A stretch of DNA of 59,431 bases, the filler included, from Streblomastix strix (Eukaryota), in the NCBI GenBank assembly GCA_008636045.1. It is 3 parts of 3 records of this genome, joined end to end, with 100 filler letters (N's around TTAATTAATTAA, not from the genome) between each part and the next. Parts side by side here need not be neighbours in the genome. Positions count along the whole stretch, not along the records: positions 1 to 19,763 come from SNRW01000488.1; positions 19,864 to 39,601 come from SNRW01000489.1; 1 more part is not named here. One strand, given 5' to 3'. The notes beneath the pieces are model-generated. The model was given only the letters and a program-made list of their open reading frames with translations. It did not search any database and was not told the origin of the DNA. The stretch's first letter is position 1. Every line of letters begins with the position of its first letter. The position numbers and the translations under genes are program-made. Positions 12,866-26,220 of the stretch are shown one piece after another.

Positions 12866-13526
12866 TCAATATAAATCATAATTAATATCTTTGTACTATT
12901 CTTCATACTATATAGGTTCTTCTTAACATTCTTGAGGAGCTTAAATTTATTCAATTACTTGTTCTTTTTGTTATTTTGTTTCTTTTGTTTTTTTTTGGTT
13001 ACTTATATCGTTTTACTTTTTATTTGTATTTCTCTATTTGTTTAACAGCATCTTAATGTTATTATTTAATAAATGAATTCTCAGTTCGTAATCTAATTAG
13101 TTCCTCCAAATCAAGTTGTGGATTAGTATAATTAATTTATGGAGTTTTTGATGTTTTAACTACTCTTTTTCTTACTTGTTTCTTCAATGGTTTTTCTCTA
13201 ACTTCACTTATGGAATCATCATCGCTATCATTTTATTCTTATGGTTCATAAGATATAAAATCTTCATCTTCATCAAGTTATTTTTAAGGTTGTTTTTAAA
13301 CTTTTTTCTTGGGTTTAGCATCGCTCCGATCTTCGATCGCTATTCTTCCACCTCTAGCTTATAACAATAACTTATTCTATTATGTTTAAGTTAATTTTTT
13401 AAGTGTCTTCTTTCCATCTTCGAACAATTTAATATCTTTATTAATTTGGATTACATATCCATTGTCAAAGTATTCAATATTTGTTCCATTCTCTATCAAA
13501 TTCTTTAATGCGTGTTGTAAGTCCAT
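12866..13526 (-). CDS. Homolog of 2862-3527 (probable frameshift)
   Basis: MDLQHALKNLIENGTNIEYFDNGYVIQINKDIKLFEDGKKTLKKLTQ...; span is not a multiple of 3. Confidence 0.7.
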
Positions 13527-13549
13527 TTGAATATTTTTAAATAAAGAAA

Positions 13550-14308
13550 ATGATAAAAGGCATAGAAAGAAACTCAATTCGCATGTCAAAAACCAAAAAA
13601 TAAATGTCTGAGATTAAGCATAAAGAACTAATGGATGAAGATAAAATAAGATTGCAATTGATCGACGATGCAATTAATCGTATAAGGACAATGCCACAGA
13701 TAGGTCTCGAACGAAGTGAAACCATTAACTAAAACATTGACGACACATCAAAGCCTAAAGAAAATTCAACTTAAATTGGAAATGAAATTATTCAAGTAAC
13801 ACCAGAATAATTGATCCTTACAGAATAAAAAATTACTAAGTATAAGAGTAAATACAATAAAGATAAATATAAACAAGTAGATAGAACAACTGCTTAAGTT
13901 GAACCTGATGAAGTAGTTAAAAATACTTATCTTTCTCATCCAAATCTCGAAGTAATGAAATTCATTATCGATTGTCTATGGAAGACGGTAACAACAAGAA
14001 AAAGAGGTGATGATTTTATACTTTCATCTGATAATTTTATTAAACTATGGTCACTAATTACATAAGAAAATGAAGATGATATTGAAATAGTATTTGAAGA
14101 ACCACTGATGCGATCCCATTCATGTATAGGCAAATCATATAAAAAGAAAGATCTAATAAGAGTAATGGACGTACTTATTAAAAATGTTAGCATATCAGTT
14201 ATTGATAATGTTCTCTTTAATTCTATTGAGAAACTGTATCGAATTAACAAGGATTTTGTTCGTTTGTCTGATGCACCTACATCAGAGATATCCAAAGATG
14301 ATTTTTGA
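13550..14308 (+). CDS. Conserved viral hypothetical protein (252 aa), homolog of 2145-2837
   Basis: MIKGIERNSIRMSKTKKQMSEI...YLSHPNL...RGDDF...SEISKDDF*. Intact. Confidence 0.8.
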
Positions 14309-14367
14309 AATAATTTTTTTAACTGTCGTTTTATATTACTTTTTTATTTTTTTTATTGTCAACAAAA

Positions 14368-14802
14368 ATGCTTGGACAATCTGAAATCAGACAAGGTAAA
14401 TTGCTTGCTCAGCCTCAAAATATACCAAAGGAAATACACGTTGAACCTATACGTTAATGCGGTGATGATTTCTATTAACAATCATTCAATAAATATAAAA
14501 ATACACGATACTTTAAGTTACTAAAACGATACGATAATTATCCAAATTATCCATAATCAGTTTATATTATGATTTATAAAAGATATAATGGACATATTGA
14601 TGACACAATTTTATCATATACTCGTTAGATGAAGAAACTTATAGATAATCAATCTAACTTAAGTGAAGATGATGCAGTCAAATATAAAAAACTAAAAGAA
14701 GCAGTTGAATAAATGTAAGCTCAAACAAAATATAATTAGTACAATTAATTTGGAGTTAAATGTAATGTTAATAGTATATAGCACTATGTTATTGATGAAT
14801 GA
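14368..14802 (+). CDS. Conserved viral hypothetical protein (144 aa), homolog of 1678-2094
   Basis: MLGQSEIRQGKLLAQPQNIPKEIHVEPIRQCGDDFYQ... Confidence 0.75.
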
Positions 14803-14825
14803 ACTATGATTATAGACCAAAGTTT

Positions 14826-14883
14826 TCTAAGAATCAACGTAGTTGCTTAGCCTTACATGCAAAGCTTTGCTTATTATTTTTGT
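14826..14883 (+). repeat. ~58-bp direct repeat, copy 1 (copy 2 at 15821-15879)
   Basis: tctaagaatcaacgtagttgct(t/a)agccttaca(t/g)gcaaa...ttattatttttgt occurs twice, flanking two genes. Confidence 0.85.
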
Positions 14884-14890
14884 AATAAAA

Positions 14891-15643
14891 ATGGAATAAT
14901 AATTAAGCAATTTAGATCTGATGGATGATGACGACGATTAGCTTATTTTGTAAGAATAGGCAATTAAACTAATAAAATAATAGGAAGAGCAATAAAAATA
15001 AGTTAATGAACGTAATACATTGCTATAAGTTATTGATAATGAGATAATAAAGTACTTTAATTATTTGAGTTAGTTCTTTAGAAATTCTATTGATTATGTG
15101 AATTTACATTCTGACTAAATTATTCGTGGAATAAAGACATTTTTATCACCTATAATAGCTGGTAAAATTATTAAATATGGTGGAACAAGTAACTAAATTC
15201 TATTAGCTAATGGAGATACTATTGATAAGGATAAGTTTGACTATGAACCAATTGAAAATGCTACTTAATAAGTAGTTGCTATTGGAATGTATGAATAAAT
15301 ACTTTGGGGTTCAGTATCATCATAAAATAGTAGGGTATATATATCAGTATCAATAACTCACTCTAATCCTTTGACTTAACGGAACACAGGATATACTTTA
15401 TTTTCTATTATGAATAATGATATAAAACCTAAATTTAGTGCAACACCTCGAAATATACCTTTAAATGCTGTTATATTTGCGACTAAATAATAGAATAATC
15501 CCCCATCATATGCTGGTGCAGTTGTTATTGATTGTTGTATAGATCCTGATGGACATATTAAAATTAATACAATATGTTAGTTTTTTTTACCTAATGATTT
15601 TTGTGTTTAAGTATGTGATTCATATGCAATTCATAATTAATGA
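14891..15643 (+). CDS. Short fibre/spike-like virion protein (250 aa, copy B)
   Basis: Homolog of 606-1652 (QIIRGIKTF...GGTSNQILLANGDT; C-terminal DFCVQVCDSYAIHN) but lacking a ~95-aa internal module. Confidence 0.65.
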
Positions 15644-15673
15644 GCTAACTGTCAAATTTAAAAATAAACAAAA

Positions 15674-15799
15674 ATGAATCCGATTAACGAAACCATCATC
15701 TATTCACTTGAATAATTGAACATTAACTGGCATGAAATCTTTAAAGCAATTTGGGAAGCAGCAATCAAATATGCATGCGAATCGAAGATATGCCGTTGA
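15674..15799 (+). CDS. Conserved 41-aa viral microprotein (copy B)
   Basis: MNPINETIIYSLEQLNINWHEIFKAIWEAAIKYACESKICR*. Confidence 0.8.
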
Positions 15800-15820
15800 A
15801 AAATAATTATACTCTTTGAG

Positions 15821-15879
15821 TCTAAGAATCAACGTAGTTGCTAAGCCTTACAGGCAAATCTTCGATTATTATTTTTGTT
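15821..15879 (+). repeat. ~58-bp direct repeat, copy 2
   Basis: Matches 14826-14883 and abuts the MCP stop codon. Confidence 0.85.
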
Positions 15880-17863
15880 TCACTGAGGTTAAATAGCTCC
15901 TTTTGCAAGCTCACCAATAACATCAATATTTAGTACCTATGGCATTGAACTATCATCAAATACGATTCTAACAAACGCTTCACACAAGTAATGCATCATT
16001 GGTGTAATAGATGCTTTATTAGGATCATGATATGCTCTAGTTCCAATGAATTATTTGAAATCATTTTAGTTCTATGATGGATTTATATTAGTTGTATCAA
16101 TAATTCCTTTAGTCAAATTTCCCTACAAAATAACTTATACATTAGTTCTAGCACCTAAATTTGAAGAGTTAAATCCTCGCATAAATGAATCATCAGTTGC
16201 CAATTTCCATGCAAGCATATATTTATTAGGATAAAGTGTTCTAATAGCTTTACTTCCACTGGACAATGTTGTTAAATAGAATAGATTAGCTGTTTTATAT
16301 TAATCGGAATTATCTATCCTTCCATAGTAATGTGTCTTTTCATCAATATTCAAGTACTCGAATGTAAGGGAATGATACAGATCTGATTGTGCACTAACAA
16401 CATCTTAATCAACGAAGCAGTCAAACATTTATCCATTAGTTGCTTAGTTTAACGATTTATATGGCTATGGGATAACATTGTTCTAATCAATAACTAGATT
16501 AAGTCCTGTGAATAATACAGGGAAAAACCATGTAGGATATTAGGGCATAGCAAATGTCATAAATGGAGACTTTATTTTAGAGAATGACATAATGCTTTAC
16601 ATTGATCCACTTGTTTTATCAAAACCACTAAATGGAAAGTTCGATGATTATGTTCTAAATACTTATGTAGGAAAATTTATGATTTTTTTGTTATTGAATT
16701 ATACTAATTATAGCTTCTTCATTTTCAATATTGAAGCATACGTTTTATATCTCTAATGTATCAAATTTAGCGGTACCAATCTAAAAAATTGAATTTTGTG
16801 GTATCTTATCACCAACAGCAGCATTTTGCATATTTACGATTCTTACATTATATGTTTAATACGATAGATCAGTAGCATCATCTCCGGACAAAAGATAAAC
16901 AATATCAGGTTTCTCTGCAGGGATCATGTGATAAGCTAAATGGTTATTTTATATGGTATCATTTTTGTTAAGCTATACAATCTTCAAATCTTATAGGAAA
17001 TCTTATATCCATAATTGTAGATGTAATGTTCCATAATTACGTGTAAGAATAGCGAATGAATTAAATATAGGATTTAGTTAATTAAGATCAAGTACTCCAC
17101 TAAATGTAATATCGTTAGGAATTCTGTAATAGAATGGTGTTACAAATGTAGCAGCAGTTGCTTATCTATCAATTTCACAAAGTGGTATATCAATAAATAT
17201 ACCACAATGACGTTTTCCTTCAATTATACTTTCTAGTGGTGATACGCTAACGCTATTTTTAGTGCACAAATCACTAAGAGAATTTCCACTAATTATAGCT
17301 TATTCTCTTGCATAGATAGCTGATCCCCATAGTGCTGTTGCATCTTTCAATAGTTAGAATTAGTAGAATGGTCCGCACGCAGTAGAGAATCCAATCCAAA
17401 ATTATAGATGTTTTGATGATTCAATCCCTTAAGCTGATTTATCAAAATATCCTTATGACGCTTATGACATATTTGTAGTCCAATCAGCTAACGGATCTTC
17501 TTTACCATTGAAATTAGTTCGTGCAATTAATTTTGCTTTAGTATCCCAACCATCATATGTTTTATTTAATTATATTGCTAATGTGTTTGCAGGTATTGTG
17601 ATTGTCCAATTTACTTAACAAGTTTGAACCATTGAACATGCCGATTTACCTCTTGTTCCTAATGGTGCTCTAGTATATTTAACTCCACTAGATGTTAGTT
17701 CAGTAATTGGAGAATCGAAGAAATTTTGCTTTGATATTTCAAATGATTGAAGATGAATGGATAATGTTTTTAATATTACTCAAAGTTACATATATCCACT
17801 AACGTAATCAGAATGCGCTATTTTCGCTAATCGTCCAAGATAATCACTAGATTTGAATGATAT
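15880..17863 (-). pseudogene. Putative major capsid protein (copy B; start ATA, +1 frameshift near 17785)
   Basis: ~660 codons, homologous end to end with 33558-35500 (SF.S.DYL.RL.K..HSDYVS; CGPF; FMTFAM.QYPTWFFP; LAWKLATDDSFMRG.NS). Beta-rich, present in three elements. Confidence 0.6.
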
Positions 17864-17928
17864 TTCATTGAAACAAAAATTAATGAACTGAATGAATGTT
17901 TATGTAAAAAGTTTTTATAATAAATCAA

Positions 17929-18135
17929 ATGGGTTTCTTCTCTGGAATAGCAAATATTGGGTCAAAAATATTAGGTGGCGTTAAGAAAGCAGCATAATTG
18001 GTTGCACCAGCATTACATAAAGTTATGTCTACAATATCAGGTCCTGTTAATATGATTCACCCCGCTATTGGAGGTGAACTAGGTGCAGGAGCTAATCTCG
18101 CAGGTGCTGTTGATAAATTAGTTAATAAACGATGA
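17929..18135 (+). CDS. Amphipathic 68-aa peptide, adenovirus protein VI-like (copy B)
   Basis: MGFFSGIANIGSKILGGVKKAAQLVAPALHKVMSTISGPVNMIHPAIGGELGAGANLAGAVDKLVNKR*. Head-to-head with the MCP; homolog at 35534. Confidence 0.75.
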
Positions 18136-18161
18136 TGACAGCGTAATTTATTTTTGAAGAA

Positions 18162-19763
18162 ATGAATGCTTCATTATCCCAGCAATAAATCCGTACAGTT
18201 AGACAACTTATCACTAACGATATAGCTTACTACATTCAATATTAGAAACAAGGTAATTCTAGTGGAGGAATGATGTCAAATGAAGAGTATTAATTATTCA
18301 TAGATAATAACAATGCATTAGTCTATGCCGCTAATAATTAAATCATTGATGGAATGGCATCAGATTACGCATTAAAAATAGAACCTAATGGATTATTAAC
18401 AATAAAGAATTTGTAGGTGATTAATTTTGATTTTGTTGCTTAGATTAATTAGTTGATTAATTAAGTGAATTTACTATAACAATCAATTGGAACGACTGAA
18501 TAGGATATCATTGATATAAAAAATGATATTGTTACCATTAATCAGGAACTATCAAGATAAACACATTTTCGAGGATATTATTTATTGAATACAGATATAT
18601 AAAATTTACCTAATTCCGCTAATGGTGATTTTTCATTTAGTGCAGAAAGTCGAACAGTTTGGATGTATGATTAAAATTGGTATAATAGTGGAGATATAGT
18701 ACCTGATCAAGTAACTCCTGCAAATGATGCAACTCCTCTATCTGATGGTACAGCAACTGCGGGAATTAGTACAGAATATTCACGTGGAGATCATATTCAT
18801 CCATTAAATGTAACAACTACTATACCAATTAGCGATTCTGCTAGTGGATCAGTTGGTACAGCAAATTATTATACTAGATCTGATCATTCTCATCCTCTCA
18901 ATATAAAAACTTCTATTCCTCCACAAGATAGTGCTAGTGGATCAGTTGGTACAACTAATTATTACGCTAGAAACGATCATTCACATCCCATTAATGTAGA
19001 AACTAATGCTTCAAATATTCCTGTCGTTAATGGTGTTGGTGCAAATGGATCATCAGCTTTTTACGCTAGACAAGATCATGTTCATCCACAGTAATTAACG
19101 TATGATGGAAATGTAACAGCGACTAAATTCATTAAGACAGGAGGATTAACGACAGAAGTATTATGCGCCAATGGTGATACAAAAGCATTATCAGATATTA
19201 TTAGTAATTATGTTGATTTAACAACTAACTAAACCATTACTGGGGTAAAAACATTTGATTCATTTAAGAAGACTGATGGCACGAATCAATATCTATAATT
19301 AGCAGATGGAACAACTAAACCAATTATTTATGCAACTAGATCAGACAACATAACAAAATCCATATAATACGTTAAATTATGTACTTTTAACCCATTTTTT
19401 TAGAATAACTGTATGTCAGTTGAATTTAGTGTAAGAGGAAGAAGTGGCCTTGGAGTATTTTAATTTCATCAATTAGCCACTACTGCAGGATTATCCGAAT
19501 ATTATTACCATTTATAGCCTAATTTATAGAGCTGTATGTAAGAAGCATATGCTTTATATTATGGATCAGGAGCTACAAGAACGTGCGATTTATGGATTCA
19601 ATTATAATAATGGAGTAATGACGTGGTAATAGATTATACGAATAGCGGAACAGTAACTGTACTTATAACTAATATATTAACCTCAGCTCCAGTTGATGCT
19701 TTACCAACAGATTATGTAGATATGTATTAATTTACTCCAAATCTATAATTTAATGTTAAGACT
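18162..19763 (+). CDS. Long fibre protein with phage tail-fibre-type YxRxDHxHP repeats (3'-truncated by gap)
   Basis: Coiled coil, four G....Y(S/T/A)R.DH.HP repeats, and TKFIKTGG...ANGDT / QTITGVKTF shaft motifs. Homolog at 36780-38572. Confidence 0.75.
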
Positions 19764-19863
19764 NNNNNNNNNNNNNNNNNNNNNNNNNNNNNNNNNNNNN
19801 NNNNNNNTTAATTAATTAANNNNNNNNNNNNNNNNNNNNNNNNNNNNNNNNNNNNNNNNNNNN
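19764..19863. other. Assembly gap with artificial TTAATTAATTAA linker
   Basis: N44-TTAATTAATTAA-N44; identical structure at 39602-39701. Confidence 0.95.
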
Positions 19864-22800
19864 TATACTCTTTGAGATCTTTGAAGGGAAAGTGATTATT
19901 GATGAATAAATTATAATATTGAGTAATTAAAATTAATATTTTAATGATGGCTACGAATTATCTATATGTAAAAATAACGTTTATGAAAGAATTTAATTGA
20001 TTTATTATTTGATTCCATATATCTAATATATTATCATATTATTTATTAATTATGTCTATTTATGCTGGTTCAGCTTCATCAACAAATAGTGTTATTGCTC
20101 CTATATAAATGTTTATTGCATTTGCATAATATAAATAATAAATAAATAGCAATAAAAAAGGTATAATTATAATTATTAGGATAATTAAAATAATTATAAT
20201 TAATGAAACACATTTATTTAGTTATATGTAGAATTTTAGGTGTTTTCAAAGCTATTATTCTTCTACCATCTATTATTGTACAATCTAATTAACAAATATA
20301 TATATGTGCAAATATAATGAAAAAGTTCATATTAATTTAACAAAATTTATAAGTTGTTAAAACATTATTTTAAATTTTTTTCTATATATTAATCATATAT
20401 TAATAAATAAAAATTAATTTTAACCATCAACGAATGATTCTCCTTTTCCGTATATGAATATCAGAGATCTTTATTATATAATCCTCTCCCTCCAATCAAA
20501 CTTTGGTTCATAATACTCATATTATAGAGTTGATTCATGTTGAAGGTGTCTGTGTAAAAATTATGAAAATAATAATAAATGATTAAATATCAAATAATTG
20601 AAATATTTGAATTATTTATTAATTTATTTATTATTACAATTCATACTCATTCTCAATTTTAATTGTAATTCACTTCTCAAATCCTTTCCCAGTAATATTA
20701 TTGATTGATGTCATTAAATCTATTTTATCAAACTATACTTATTCCAATCATATGCATTCTGACCTTATAAGAAGGCATCATGATCTAATCATAAATTTAC
20801 TAAAAATTGACCTATAAAATGAAAAGACTATTTTAATTTTAGTATATTTCGATGTTATTATTATTCTTCATATGTAAATTTTAACTCAAGTAATACGCGG
20901 TGAAGTGGAAATTAGAAGACAATATCTTCTTTATTGAAATTAAAAAAGTTCATTGATTAATATTTCAAAATACTAATTTATTATTATTATTATTCAAATT
21001 ATCTGAAAAATAACATCAAATAGTTTTCAACTCCTTTTCTTACTATCTAAATTCTACACTATTTGCTATCAGTTCAAATTTTGGCAGATATTTTGCTGCA
21101 TTATTTATTACTACAGCTTCAAACGGAATGTTATGAAGAGGTACAACTATGATTTCAATATTTTAAATATTATTATTACATAATTCTTTTATTCCAATGT
21201 TTTCTCAGCTTCCAATTTTAATATCGGATTGTTACCAATAGTTTTTTTTCAATTCCTTCATATTATAATCTAATTTATCAATTCTATCCTAATTTCTTTT
21301 TCTACTTTTAATTATTTATTTCGAAAAATGTGCATTTTTACGATTTTTAAACTTCTTCACTCTTTGGAAGTAAATCTTTGAACAACAATCTTCTAAGTTC
21401 TCTTTCATATCAACTCTTTAATGCTTCTATAATAAATATAAATAAATGATTTAATAATAAAAAACTTAATATTTCATCTAATTCTGATATCTTGTGTAAA
21501 GATCATATCTTAGTCATTGATCACAAAAACAATCATTTTAATCAATTCTGTAACTCCTTCGGATGCCAGCTATTCTGACCGATTATAGCTAATAATTTCA
21601 TTAAATAACATATTTCACTCAATGACCAGTTAGTCGATACTACTAATTCAATTTTGCTAGTAGAAACTTGATTCGACAGATTCCTTTAATCATCATAAAC
21701 TAACAATATAAGTGTGAACTTATCGCATAAATCATAGATTTATGCTGCATATATGGCACCAAAGTAGTGAATGAAATTGAAGCATCCTTAAGAATCAAAA
21801 TCACAACCATAATCCCACATTGTAATTCATACTGATTAGCCTTACAAAACAACTTATAAAATTTCTGTTATTATTGCTCATACCAATTATTTTATATTAA
21901 CAAAATTATTCCAATAAAACTATAAACGATAACATTATTTATTTTGATCTTGCAAAGTTAATCATAAAAAATTATAAATAATTATCAACATGATCAATTT
22001 GATTAAATAATTCTATAAAAATACTGTAAATTATCTCCTAAAAATAATCTTTTTCATTAAAAGATATTGATTTACCTACTGAATAAGTTTTTAACTTTTT
22101 GATTCGAAGGCATGCTTCATTTTCATTCGCTACTGATGTCGGACCAAACGCTGTGTATAAGAAAGAGATTCAAAGGCATCCTCAATTACCTACCGTAAAA
22201 AAAAACACGCATAAAGAAGTCCTTCCTTTCTTAGAATAAATTGATAGTAATTTCAAAGAACTTTAGCTATATTATCCTGTAAAGCCTGACTCAGAGAATC
22301 TGGTAAGTACTTTTATTATATAAATGCGACATTCTTCAAAATTTCTGCATTTCCTCCTGCATTTGCTGTTTAACAATACGAACTCAAAAAGAAACACAAA
22401 GAGGAAAGAAAAACAAAAAAACAAAAAAACAAAAAAACTGTTACAGCTTTAGACGACAATTAACGGAAACTTATAATATCTGATCAATTATTAATATCTG
22501 AAAAGTTTCTCAAATAATGGAAAGCTCATGAAAATAAAAATGGATAATATAAAACTGAATAAGAATAATAACTTCTTTTCAATTGTAAAAAAAATAAATA
22601 TAGAAATTAAAAGAAATTCGTAAATAACAGTTCTTTAATATTGTAAATGAAAAATCAAAAATCATTAAAAATAATTAAACTAGAAAAAGAAGAAGAAATC
22701 AAAACAAAATAATGACATTAACACGAATATTAAATTTGGAAACACATTAGAAAATGGATTTAAGATCAGAAAAAGAGAAACAGATGTAGAAAATATTAAC

Positions 22801-23675
22801 GAAAACGAGAAACCAAATGAATTCACATAAAAACAGAACATAAGGAAGAAGAGTGAATTCTAGTTTTAATAATGAAGTAATGCCAATATAACTCTCTGAA
22901 ACAAAAAATTAATGAATAATAAAAATGAAAATTTGATGAAAAAGAATTTTTATAATATTACAGTAACTTTGAAATTGAAGCACGTAAAAATTCTAATGTC
23001 AGCTCAGAAGATTCATAAGATCAAGATGAATAACTTTTAAGTATTCATTAGAATACAAATAAAAAATATAATTTGATAAAATTGAATCAAAATCAAATGA
23101 ATTAAATGAAATAATAGAAAAGTTTGATTGAATCAAATTCCAATCTTCAAAAATTTGAACAATCTGAAATTATAAATGTAGAAGAAATAAAAAATATCAG
23201 CATAACCAACTAAAATGAAATAAAACAAATGATTATAGAATAAGATGATAAATCTATTCAAGAAAAAATTGATCAAATATATGAAGTCTCCAATCAAAAT
23301 TATAATTGAAATGAATTAATTGAATTTATAGGAAATGATGAACAAATTAATAATTCAAATAGAATTATTATAAATATTAACAATAGGATGAAATATATAT
23401 TGGAACTGTTCACTAGAATCAAATAATATAATGAAATACATCCATAAACTTTATCTATTCTTTTAAATGAAAATATTAAAATCAATGATAATTAAAGTAT
23501 AAAATAAATACAAATTAATAAAAATCAAATAAATATTAAAAAATTCCATAATATTTAAAATAATAATAAATAAAAGTACAAAATAATATATATGGCCTGA
23601 ACCACAATGCACTAATTCTGCCGCACTATTTGTAACCATAATCTCTGCGCCAAATGACTTTTACAACTAAGGCTC

Positions 23676-23797
23676 TATTCATCAATGTAATACACAAATG
23701 ATATGGACAATTCTAAGCAAACACCTATGGTACAAATGACCGCAATTCATCAATGTGATGTGTAAACGATATGGACAATTCTAAGCAAACACCTATG
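23676..23797 (+). repeat. Two ~54-bp direct repeats (~68-bp period) downstream of pPolB fragment
   Basis: attcatcaatgt...gatatggacaattctaagcaaacacctatg x2. Confidence 0.85.
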
Positions 23798-23824
23798 ACA
23801 CATTCATCATCAAAAATCACAGCA

Positions 23825-26220
23825 TCATCGCTCTATTAAGTAATGATCTGCATTAATTCCATACATAAATGATGCACAACATCCGTTGGCTAATTCAACC
23901 ATTTTATCACCAATTCCTGTTAGCGCTGATTTTTCCATACTTATCATTGACATTACTCCCATTTTCATCTATAAATTATTAGTTGTAGCAATGATGTTAC
24001 ATCCATCACTCAAACATTTAATATAGTCATTAGTTGTTAAATTTGCCTTCTTCTCGCTAACTCTTTTCATCCTATTCACTAATGATACTATCTCTTCATT
24101 TTACTCATTTTCATTATATAGACTATAACATTTAGGTGTGAGACAAACGATATTTTCTCCTTATGGTTCAGTTGTGAGACCCATTAGTTTCTTCTCTTCA
24201 GCAACAGTACAATTGTCCCATGGAAGCCACTCTTTATAGTGTTAGTCATAGAACAGTTAGTCTTTAATCATATACTTCAGTCCATATTTATAGCCTTCAA
24301 TTTATGATCCCGCGATAGCTAAATACATTGAGTCAGTATCCATATTGCAGAAGTGAACTCTATCTATATCAATACATTTATAGAGGAAGTTGTATACAAA
24401 ATTTAGATATTAAAACTTGCTATTGTCCAGAGTGAAAACAGTTTCTTGAAGAGGCTTATTATATTAAAATTATCTAGGTGATTCTCTAACCATATATTAT
24501 GCTTCTTCAATAAGTTCACCATCAGAATTGTATTTATCATCACTTAATTTCCTTGTCGCCTTATGACACTAATTCAATTATTTGATTGAAGCATGTCGAG
24601 CATCATTAAAGGATATCCTATCAAACTTAGTATTATTTTATCCCTCAACTCCAAAAGCACTATTAAGAATCTATTTGTCGTATAACGCTTTTGTATCATT
24701 ATGTTGGCTATTTGCATCCTATCTCTTACTCATCATTTGCAGGCAAATGATTCAAATCCTAAGTGTTTATCACATATAGCAATTGAATCAATGTCATCAA
24801 TAATTAAATTACAATAGTCAATCAAAAACCATAAAATATGGCTAGTGAAGCACATAAATTGATTGTGTGTTGATAGCAATGATGTTAGTATTGTAGTTGA
24901 TTTGCCAACAGTAAGTCCCTGTGATTTCATCTTATTGTTCATAAATTCTCCAATCTATTCAATTGAATTATTATTTGTTAATTTCCTCCATATTGGTGCT
25001 AAATTTATGTGTGAAATAATATGTTTTTCATCAATTTGACCTTTAATTTTAACAAAGAATAGCTACCCTTTGTCATTAATTCGATCAGCACTCATAATCA
25101 TTTCTCGAGCTTTCCATTTCGAACTATTAGATGTATATTTGAAGTAGCAAGTTATTCCCCCTGCTTGTTATATTCGATGATTTGTATAAGGGTTATTTTT
25201 GTTGAAGATTCCACTAAATTCACTTGGATAGAGAGAGTTGAAATCTAAGTCATGGATGTAAGTAATTATATGTTAAGTTTCATATAATGTTATTGTTTTT
25301 GTAACATGATTATATTTAAGTTTGTTAATAGGTGTGATACCATTCAAATTACATTAATGATACACATTAGACAGTCCACCCTACATACATTCCTTTAACA
25401 TATTATATACAGATTCATTATTAATTGTCATAGGTAGATGTTCATAAATTGCACATTTCAATAATTGGATCTTTAATTTACTTATATCATTATCTTTGTC
25501 AGCCTTAACTGTATTACATATTTAACAAGCTAGTTAACAGTTCTATTTTGTATGACCAACTGAATTATCAATTCTATCTAATGTAGGCTTGTTTTCTTTA
25601 GTGAATTTGTTATGGCAGAGATGATATGTTTCACTAGATACTTTATCTTTAATCCAATCAATATCATCTTCTGTTACATTATTAGTTGTATCCCTCTTAG
25701 CATAGTCATCTTGATTAATATATCCTTTGACTTTGTTATTCCATCAGTATTAAGCAACTTCAAACTATTCAAAATCATTAACTATATTGTAACTTGCATT
25801 GATATTAAACTAATTATAACAATATTTGTATTTAATTTAACTTGCAATTTAAGCTAATGATTTACATCCCAACATATCAACTTTCTCTTCCCACGGAATC
25901 TGAATAAGATGATTGATTGGATTAATCATACAAGTAACATCCCTGATATTATAGTGCTTTAGATACTCCCATCTATTTTCAAAATTGATTGAACCATTAA
26001 TATATTGTTCATAATCTTCGTCACTTATATTCTTATTATTAAGTTTATCATGGAAATCTTCCTTAGTAAATGATTCTGATTATCCTAGTACTAATTAATA
26101 GTTATCATAATTGAATGATCCGTATGGAAAAGTACCCTTTGTTAATTTTATATCTTTAGTACCAAATTTCTCAACGAATTACTTTAATGTATTGTTTGGT
26201 GGAATGAATGATAATATATC
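23825..26220 (-). pseudogene. Protein-primed family B DNA polymerase (pPolB), 5'-truncated and decayed
   Basis: KGTFPY, ExoIII YLKHYNIRDV, HNH-like insert, motif A DFNSLYPS, motif B KQILNSAFG, motif C MDTDSMY. In-frame TGA at 25744-25746. Cut at 26220. Confidence 0.9.

Larger units (their letters stand above)
12700..19763. mobile_element. Endogenous Polinton-like virus element B (structural module, truncated by gap)
   Basis: Reverse-complement synteny with element A, plus full MCP-like gene, pVI-like peptide and long fibre. Left boundary approximate. Confidence 0.75.

Noticed and set aside
19808..19819. TTAATTAATTAA palindrome inside N runs (also 39646-39657)
   Set aside because: Artificial six-frame-stop contig linker. 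Adjacency across these gaps is not biological evidence.
19864..22000. Coding-like patches on the minus strand
   Set aside because: Interrupted by TGA stops and frameshifts with no motif I can recognise; cannot assign a product.
22110..23560. K/E/N-rich coding-like stretch on + strand
   Set aside because: Low complexity, multiple TGA stops and shifts, no identifiable domain.
23676..23797. Repeat-spacer-like duplication resembling a CRISPR array
   Set aside because: Only two long copies, eukaryotic context and no cas genes; a simple tandem duplication.
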